From positions 1,748,419 to 1,812,418 of the forward strand of contig MU058198.1 of assembly GCA_013265495.1 (NCBI GenBank): DNA of 64,000 nucleotides. The letters run 5' to 3'. Both the position numbers and the translations under genes were made by a program. This document shows positions 55,801 to 64,000 of this stretch, piece by piece. The notes under the pieces are model-generated. The model had not been told where the DNA came from, did not search any database, and saw nothing but the letters and a program-made list of their open reading frames with translations. The stretch comes from Vicugna vicugna (lineage: Eukaryota). Every line of letters starts with the position of its first letter. Within the stretch, counting starts at the first letter, position 1.

Positions 55801-58800
55801 AAACATTCAACATTCCACATTTAAATGTTGTCACCCCTTCTCTTACTATATCTGGCTTTTTTTCCTTATGTGTCATTCACTTTTTGAAGAGGGAGATACT
55901 TTGGCTTTACTATAATTGGCTAGCGTAATGGGAAAGGAAATTAATAGAACTTTTTGCATTTTCACCCAGTAGGTAGGTCAACTGTGGATGTATAAAATAC
56001 ATTCACAATGATCAGAGAAGATACCACTATTGTGCGTTTGAAGCTCAAAGGCAAAATGCCATGAAGATGAAAGAGGACACATAGAAATTTAGTCAATTTC
56101 AAATTATGACTGATTGTAGCATGTGAGTCTTGCTACTTGTCCCATGTGACAGTGACACTGTCATTTTCCATCATTTAAAATTCCATATTTCTTACTCTGT
56201 CCTCAAAACACAATTTTGAACTTTGCATTTATTTTCTTTTCACTGCTAGTATTTGCTGTTTAGTTTTCATTGGTTTAAAATGTTTGTTTTCTATTGTTCA
56301 TTCTAGGTAAAATATTCTCTTCGTTTTAGTGGTTTCAGCAATTACTTTTCAAAAGAATTGAGATGGAACACAGATCTTCTCTTTCCACAAATACCTCCTC
56401 CTGGAGTCAGGAACATGGATGAAGAAGGGGGAAATCCTGGTGAGCAGATCCTTAAGCATACTTATATTATTAGTTTGATTGTAAGCTAGCAGTCATATCA
56501 ACGTGTGTGACTCATTTTTTTTCAACACGTGAGAAAGTTGTTTATTCATTAATTTTCATAATAAATTTTTTAAATTTATTTTTATTTTAAAGACAAACAT
56601 ATAGAAAACATTACACATTTGAAAAAGATCTTTATATTACCTTAGATCATTTCCTGAAATTTATCAATGTATATCCATACATTTATATAGTCTTAATTGG
56701 TAAATGTTGGCTCTGCCGACTTAATAGATACACCTTCTGCATTGTCTGCATATGTATGGTTCTAAATTATTTTGGGGAGGAGTTGATGAGTATTTTTTAA
56801 CTATGCAATCATAATTTTAAATTCTTTTTAAATTGTATAGATCAACTTGAAAGATAAAAAAAAAGGATTTGAATTAACTAACAGTCTTAAGAATGTGTCT
56901 TTAGTAAATTATTCAAGGGAAGACAAAAGCTATGTGCAATTTACCATTATAAATAAAAACTGGGAAATAGTAACAACAGTCTGTAATAAGTACATTAAGA
57001 ATATAATAATATGTCAGTTTGACAGGCTACTGTGTGGTGATTAAAAATAATCATTATCAGGCCTGAAAGTACAGAGCCATATATAGAGAATTATGAAAAT
57101 ATGTAGAAATTTATATAATGATTGGAATAACTGTCTGAAAATGAAAACAGTTAAAAGAGTGGTGGGATTGTGTAGTGTGTTGTCATCTTATCAAAAACCG
57201 TTTTGAATATTTCTCTAATCAAAAGTTAAAAAGAAGTCTGGCCTCTTTTAAAATTAATGTGCTGCATCCTAGCAAAAGCAGTCCTAAGAGGGAAGTTCAC
57301 AGCGATACAGGCCTTCCTCAAAAAACAAGAACAATCTCAAATAACCTAACCTACCACCTAATAGAATTAGAAAAAGAAGAACAAACCAAAAAAACACATG
57401 AAGTCAGCCAAAGGGAAGAAATAATAAAGATCAGGGAGGAAATAAATAAAATCACATAAAGCAATGTGACTTTTTCATGTAGTAGCTTAGTTTAGGGAAG
57501 ATAGTAATGCAATTGCATGTTATTATCTGCTGGTGTTCCAAATTGCTGTAGGTTTTGTGAACATGTTTTGTTCTATGAATTAAAAGCTTTGAATTACCTG
57601 AATTGCCTTCTTTGCTGGCCTGTCAGTTTCTTAATATACTGAACTTGACAATCTTTGTTTTCTCATTAGGGTACTACAATGAAGCCTTCCTTCTTGTGCA
57701 GCATGCTTTAGATAAGGCCATCATGGTGTACCATAATGACAGAGCTGCAGAAAAGTTGTTGGAAAATGTCACCATTTTTCTTACAAAATTTCCGTACCCT
57801 GCTAATTATCTTGATACATTTATGTTCACGTTTATGTTTATCTTCCCTTTGATAGTTTTACTTATGTTTTCTCCAACTCAACTTACCCTTCTCAGGACCA
57901 TTGTTATGGAAAAGGAAACCAGATTAAAGGTAACTTCATTTTCTTTGTGGCATTTTGGGCCTGAGGTACAGATCTGTGTGCAGAATTGGGCTATTTCTAT
58001 ATATTTGGCACTGGTGAATGGTTATACTGCAGTAGCAATATACAAATATAAATTGGATATAGAGTGTACACTGTGTTATTTGTCAATTTTCTGGTGTTTT
58101 ACTTTTATCTAAATTCTTGATTTGGCTTATAGTTTTATTGACTTACCATTTGACAAGAATGTTATGGAGAGAGATCATGTATTAAATGTCATGACTCCTC
58201 TTTGGAATAAAATGGACAGCATATGAGCTCTTGAATTAGATGACTTTAAGATACACTTCAATTCGAAGATTTGAGATGCTTTTCAATGTTAAGTCAAATC
58301 AAGGCCATATTATAAAGAGCAGGGGCTCTAAAGTCACAGAGAAAATCACCAATTCATCCATATACCCATTAGTTAGGTCAACATTTACCTATTAATTATC
58401 TGCTTTGTTCCAGGAAGTTTGATAGATCTTAGATTTAAATCCTGGCTCTGCCAGTTATTAACTCTGTGATCGTAGCCTGTTTCCTCGTGTAAATTGAAGA
58501 CAGTAACGGTAGATTTCTAGGGCTTTCAGTGGGGGTTAAATGAGATGTTATTTTTTTAAAGTCTCTAGGTCAGTCTCTGACCTATAGTAAACACTCCACA
58601 AATAGCAGTTAAAAAGAAGACATAATTCCTATTCACAAATTGTGAAAGGTTTAGCTGAGGATATATTAATAAACAGAGTTGCTTTTATAGTATGATAAGC
58701 TCCCAGGGATGTAGAAAAGGTTATTCGTGTAGTACTGAGGGGTTGATGCTTGATTTGAACAATGGGGGGTAACAGGTGTTCACTAGGTGGACAGCACTGC

Positions 58801-61800
58801 GGGATGGGCTTTGAAACCCTGTCGTATGGCTATCAGGGTTGCTTTCAGAAAAGGGACTCTGGAGAGGGCTATGGAGGGCAGGTAGATTAGGGATTGGCAG
58901 GCTTTTTGAGGGAAACACAGATAGTAAATATTTTAGGCTTGTGGGTCACATGCATCTCTGTCACATATCCTTGTCTCTCTCTCTTTTAAACATTCAGAAA
59001 TGTAAAATCCACATTTAGCTCACAAGACATGCTAAGGTGGTCTGTGGGCTGGATCTGGCACACGGGCCTTACTTTGCTGACAAGAGTTTAACAATAAAGA
59101 CAAGGCTGACAGTGAGGAGCCAATTACGAGCTAATTATAACACACCAGGAAAAGCAGGAGGGCCCGAGATAAAGTGGTTTAGTATATAGGAATAGAGAAG
59201 GAAGAGTTTAAGAAATATATAGTAACTTATGGTGAAAAAAGAATATGAAAATGAGTAGGTGTATGTTCTATGTGACTGAAGCATTGTGCTATATACCAGA
59301 AATTGACACAACATTATAAACTGACTATACTTCAATAAAATATATATATATATATATATGAAATATAAGGGAAGTAGAGATCAGTGGAAATGGATAAGTA
59401 CATAATTAACTTCAAATTCTAGAATTTTGTGCACACTTCTGTCGGTAAGTTTCTTTTCCATAGATAGGTTGTTCTTAAGGTATATTGAGGATTGCTTACC
59501 GACTTGTATTGAGGTGAGGAACTAGGCCATGTTTCCTGAAGGGACAGTGATGGGATAGAAGAGAAAATCATTCTTCTGGGCAAGGGATTGCTCTTCTTTC
59601 CGTTTCCTGATTATGCTAATGAAATTTTATCATCCCCCCAAATCAGCCCGACTTGAAGCCCCAGTCTTATCAGTATAATGTTATATAGTATGATATAGTA
59701 GACATAATATATGAGTGCTGCCAATTCTTGCCTCTGTAACTTTTGGGTAAGTTTCTTAACGTCTCTGTGTCTCATCTGTAAAATGAAGATAAAAAATACT
59801 CCGACTACACAGAGTTGTTGTGACAATTAAAGAGATACTAGTTGTTAGTGCATAGGAAATACTGTGTAGCTATTAACATTAGTTCTCTCTCCATTCCCTT
59901 TGTCCCCTGTGTGTGGCATTTGCCAACCAGCATAAATTTTGTTTCTTTTTCTCCATTAGTGGAAATGTCATTTTCTAGTTCAAGCTCTCATTAATTTTTC
60001 ACCATCTAGTTATTACAGAAATCTTCCCATTGATTTCCCTAACCACTGTCTTCCCATAGTCTTGATTTACATTAAACCCTTTTCTCTCAATCCCAAAATG
60101 TTCATTTTTTTTTTTTACTATTCCTCATTTTGTTTTCTCCTACTAGCATATCTTTTCCTCTATTTTTCCTAACTGGTCAGTAATCTCTTTGAACTCTATT
60201 TTCAACTTTCAACTTCAATTTACTAGTTTTCTCTTTGTGTCTACAGGTCATGTGACACAAACTTCAGTCAAGTAGTTAAAATTATTATTTACTTCTTAAT
60301 TTTAAAATTTTGAGTTGAAATATAAAATAAATACATATAAAATACACATACCTATGTGTACAGATCTTTGAAATACGAACACATTCACGTAACTACTATG
60401 CCAGTCAAGAAATAGAATGTTGCCAGCAATCCAGAAACCCCTGGCATCCCATCCAAATCACTACATCTTCTTTCTTCTCCAAAAATAGTTACTATTTAAA
60501 TTTCAAAATACTATATTAGTATTTCCTGGTTTTAAAACTTTGTTTAAATAGAATCACACAATCGCTCTCCTTTTGTGACAGTGAGAATCATTGATGTTCT
60601 TCTGTGTAGATGTAATTTGGCCATTTGCATTGCTGTGTAGTGTTACACTTTATGAATATATCACAGTTTGCCACTCTACTGTTGATGGACATTTGATTGT
60701 TCAAGTTTTAGGCTATTACAGTAAGTCACTGTGAATATTTTGGTGCACATGTGCACTTTTTCTGTTGGGTATATACCTAGGATTGAGATTGCTGGAGTAT
60801 ACAATCCACATATTTTCAGCCTTGTTAAATAAGGCTAAATGTTTTTCCAGTGTGTGCCAGTTTGTTCTTATCAGTAATATAAGAGAGTTACTCTTGCTCC
60901 ATAAGTATGCTAACAATTGGTGATGTTAGCCTTTTTTTGATGTATATATAAGTATTATTGAAGTATAGTCAGTTTACAATGTTGTGTCAGTTTCTGGTCT
61001 AGAGTATAATGCTTCAGTCATACATGAATGATGTTAGCCTTTTTAAATTTTAACCATTCTGGAAGGGGTATAGTGGTATCTCATTGTGATTTTAATTTGA
61101 TTTTCCTTGTTAACTAATAATTTGGAAAACTTTTTCATATGCTAATTGGCCACATAGATATTCTCTTTTGTGAAATGTCTATTCAAAAGTCTTTTCCCCA
61201 TTTTTCTATTAGGCTGTGTGTCTTTTTTCACTAATTTGCAAGCACTCTTTATATATTTTGGATGTAAGTCCTATGTGTGATATATGTATTGCAGATATTT
61301 TCTCCCAGTACGTAGCTTGTAATTCGATGTCTTTGGACTTATAAAGTTCTTAACTTTAATGTAATGAAATCTTTTCCTTTATTATTAGGGCCTTCTGTCG
61401 CCAGCCTATGCTGGCTGAGTTTCCCCACATTCTCTTCCTTGTAATTCTTTAAACTTTCTTTTTTCTACTCTTTGCATGTAAACCTCTAAATTTGCCTCTT
61501 AGTCATAACTTTAGTTGCAACCTACAAGTTGCAGTACAGTGTTTTCTTTATCATATAGTTCAAAATAGTTTCTGGAGGGGAGGGTGTAGCTCAGTGGTAG
61601 AGCACATGCTTAGCATGCACAGGGTCCTGGGTTCAATTCCCAGTGCCTCTATTAAACAACAACACCTAATAATAATAATAAACAAACAAACAAACCAACC
61701 TAATGACCTCCCCCACAAGAAAAATTTTAAAAATATTTTCTAATTATCATTATTAATTTTTTCTTTGACTCATAGGATGGTTAGAAAAGTATTTAAAAAT

Positions 61801-62532
61801 TCCAAAGAGCATTCTAAATTTTAAATGCTTATTATCAGTTGCTTTTTAAGGATAAAAAGCTGGCAGTTTATTAAAACCCTGATGTATCTACATAATAGCA
61901 GTAGATAGGAGTCATTAATATTTGTCGATGTGGTTGAAGTAAAGAAATCTTCACAGGTAACAAGGAAAAAGTATAGGTAACCCTTCCCTAAACGATGACC
62001 AAATTAACGTGGAAATGCGTTGTGAATTGCTTTCACAGTATGTGTTTTGTGTTGCCTCTCCCACAGGAGTACCAGTTCATGATAGGACTCAGTAATGCCA
62101 TGCTCTGGGCTGCTTATTTTGTCACGTTCCTCTTGTTGTTTTTAATTGTCATCTGCTTGCTATGCGTGATTTTATTTGTCAAGGCAAGTATCTATTTGAA
62201 CGCAGCATGCTTCAGCTAAAACTCTGAGGGGAGGGGGAGCATGATAGTGGGTGTGGGCTGCCTTAGGTGAGAAATGAATTATAGAGTTAACTTCCCATCT
62301 CCCTGTTACACTAAGGCTACTCAAATATTTTAAGGATATTTTCCTCCACCTCCCTAGTTTTTCTCTGACACCACTTCCATGATGACTAAACGGACTTCAC
62401 AATTGTTTTGTTAGATTGTACAGGATAAAGTCCTCCAATACAGTGACCCGTCTCTCGTCTTCTTCTTTTTCCTGTGTTTTGTCATGGCTTCCATGACCTT
62501 CGGCTTTCTGATTACCACATTCTTCGATAAAA
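43838..62532 (+). CDS. ABCA3-like ABC transporter subfamily A (probable Abca14/15/16-cluster member), N-terminal 357 codons; gene continues beyond the window
   Basis: Seven exons of 60+256+128+133+260+117+118 nt splice without stops or frameshifts. They carry the ABCA motifs [57 protein letters not shown] and SDPSLVF. Exon phases parallel ABCA3 as I recall them, and the position next to CRYM matches the rodent Abca14-16 cluster. Confidence 0.9.
44242..44497 (+). CDS. ABCA3-like coding exon 2
   Basis: [23 protein letters not shown] (TM1)...[29 protein letters not shown]; cag acceptor, G|gtttga donor, phase 1. Confidence 0.88.
45267..45572. repeat. Composite local duplication: inverted copy of 47090-47247 joined to a direct copy of 43610-43753
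   Basis: Both matches can be aligned by eye with scattered mismatches. Confidence 0.85.
45933..46173 (-). mobile_element. Short L1 3' end with a (TG)n tail
   Basis: 14-bp TSD ccacattcagtttt at 45919-45932 and 46174-46187. Confidence 0.8.
46957..47152. mobile_element. MER58-like hAT fossil
   Basis: ggcaaacttttctgtaaagggccagatagtaa...gctgacccctg. Confidence 0.75.
47255..50490 (-). mobile_element. Long degenerate L1 (ORF2 endonuclease to 3'UTR, with internal deletions)
   Basis: ORF2 remnants [15 protein letters not shown]...[17 protein letters not shown] and [12 protein letters not shown]...[10 protein letters not shown]. Confidence 0.88.
50955..52410 (+). mobile_element. L1 3' portion
   Basis: ORF2 remnant [25 protein letters not shown], followed by 3'UTR and an aataaaaaa end. 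Confidence 0.88.
53418..53545 (+). CDS. ABCA3-like coding exon 3
   Basis: [43 protein letters not shown]; tag acceptor, gtaaga donor. Confidence 0.92.
56307..56439 (+). CDS. ABCA3-like coding exon 4
   Basis: [44 protein letters not shown]; tag acceptor, gtgagc donor. Confidence 0.9.
57270..57455 (+). mobile_element. Isolated internal L1 ORF2 fragment
   Basis: agcaaaagcagtcctaagagggaagttc...[17 protein letters not shown]...[13 protein letters not shown]. Confidence 0.75.
57670..57929 (+). CDS. ABCA3-like coding exon 5
   Basis: [22 protein letters not shown]...KFPYP...[13 protein letters not shown]; tag acceptor, gtaact donor. Confidence 0.93.
59218..59360 (+). mobile_element. Short L1 3' end with a (TA)n tail
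   Basis: Same L1 3' terminus as 45933-46173, in the opposite orientation (ctgactatacttcaataaaa). Confidence 0.75.
60937..61028 (-). mobile_element. Very short L1 3' end nested in an older L1
   Basis: 16-bp TSD tgatgttagccttttt at 60921-60936 and 61029-61044. Confidence 0.8.
61575..61728 (+). mobile_element. tRNA-derived SINE (camelid Vic-1-like)
   Basis: ggggagggtgtagctcagtggtagagcacatgcttagcatgcacagggtcctgggttcaattccc; near-TSD aaaatagtttct/aaaatattttct. Confidence 0.85.
62067..62183 (+). CDS. ABCA3-like coding exon 6
   Basis: [39 protein letters not shown]; cag acceptor; non-canonical donor AAG|gcaagt. Confidence 0.88.
62415..62532 (+). CDS. ABCA3-like coding exon 7
   Basis: [39 protein letters not shown]; tag acceptor, gtgagt donor. 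Confidence 0.9.
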
Positions 62533-64000
62533 GTGAGTCTAAGACTTCTTCATGAAAGATTTTTCAGTGTTTCCGTGGACTGAAAGAGGATTTTATTTGG
62601 GAGCCCCTTCTAAACTTCAGTTGCCGCTTCATATAGAGACTCTGCTTACATTCTTAATTTGTTTAAAAAGACATCTGTGCATGTGAAATGATTTGAGGAG
62701 GGCAAAGATTAGTGAAGATTAACGTGGCCTAGGATGTGTGTGAAAATGGGATCAAAATCAAAATAAGATCACACGCGACAAGAAGATATAAACTAACATA
62801 GGGTCATGTGAAAATACGTATTTATTCATTCACTCACTCAGTGAAGTCTTTGGATCACTTATTACATACCTGGAACAATGTCAAATAAACAAAATCCAAC
62901 TGAGAATCTCCTGCCCTGTTCTCACTTACTAGAGGGATGTGTGACCGAACAAATTTAAACTGGCTTAGTTACGGAATTTGTAGAATTACTTTTCCAGTGG
63001 TCATTTTCTGTTATCATTTATTTTAAAAAAATAAGTGTATTTCCTTTTTCAGAAAACAAAACACCATTTTTCCCCTTTTTACATCTTTCTTATGTGCTGA
63101 ACAATTAGAATGCTAGCTTCTTTCAGTCATTTAGAGCACAAGTACCATAAAACAAGCGTTTTCTGGTAAGGAAATGTACATTTCATAGGTATTTTTTATT
63201 GTTTTCAGCAATAACGCTGCTATCAGCTGGCTGCATCATAAAGCCCACCTACCATAAGCACAGTGAAACTGTGAGGGGAGAGAGTTATTTTGTCAAAGTC
63301 AGGCTGAAGGTGATATGCTTGAGAGTAATGTCAAGTAGGCAAATACTGATGGACGACTCACTTGACTAAAACAACTATGATACTGATTAAATGTTTTGAA
63401 ATAATTTTTTCTCTTTATAAACACTGCTGAGGTCGCACAAAGACCAGAAACTGAGTGGGAGGCGATTGAAAGCCAAAGCTAGCTTTTGTCCTGGGATTTT
63501 CTGTTGAACATCCGAGATTTGGGGGGGTTTTCTATCAGCGGTGCAGGGAACTAAGATAAGCCCAGAGCCTGCCGAGGGTGGAATATTTAAGAGGACACCA
63601 CAAATAAGGGTAGGACGTCAGAGAGTCACCATTGCAAGGGAGACTGAGGAATAAAGGTGCCACACAGAAGGAACAGCAAGTTCTTCCCTTAGTTAAATTC
63701 ACCAATTTATTAAGATTGTGGTTTATGTGAGAAGGCCATCAGTAAATGCAATCAGCAGGTAGATTTCAAGTTTTATAGCAGAAGACTAGTGAATTGTGTC
63801 AAATTTTATATTTCATAAGTTATGTAAATGCTTCTTTATCCCTCTAGCCATCTACCTACGTATCTGTGGTTTTTCCTTTGTTTTTTGTGACTTCCTGTTT
63901 TGGTTACCTTTTTCCCTAAATCATAAAACTATATGTATTTAGGTTAGGGGCACTAGCATCCCTAGATTAGGGGTTGGTAATCCTAATCCAATAAGGATTT

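Noticed and set aside
43838..62532. Calling the gene ABCA3 or a pseudogene
   Set aside because: It is too diverged from ABCA3 and in the wrong synteny. No disabling lesion is visible in the exons present, and the GC donor is a tolerated variant.

Overview
Mammalian genomic DNA, probably camelid (inferred from four tRNA-derived Vic-1-like SINEs and young L1 3' ends). It contains three protein-coding genes, all reconstructed by hand. (1) ANKS4B on +: 2 coding exons, 721-884 and 9631-10720, 417 aa. (2) CRYM (mu-crystallin/ketimine reductase) on -: 8 coding exons, 32140 down to 15558, 314 aa, convergent with ANKS4B. (3) The 5' part of an ABCA3-like ABC transporter on +, which by synteny most likely belongs to the Abca14/15/16 cluster: a putative non-coding first exon in a CpG island at about 36.7-36.9 kb, then 7 in-frame coding exons from 43838 to 62532. 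The gene continues beyond the window. The rest is intronic or intergenic DNA dense in L1, L2, MIR, SINE, solo LTR and hAT fossils. There are no prokaryotic-type systems. The most unusual observations are a two-template (inverted plus direct) local duplication in an ABCA intron, a sense-oriented LTR with intact promoter elements just upstream of CRYM, a GC-AG intron, a ~30-bp L1 target-site duplication, and substitutions at normally conserved CRYM residues. Repeat family names and ortholog comparisons are from memory and need database confirmation.
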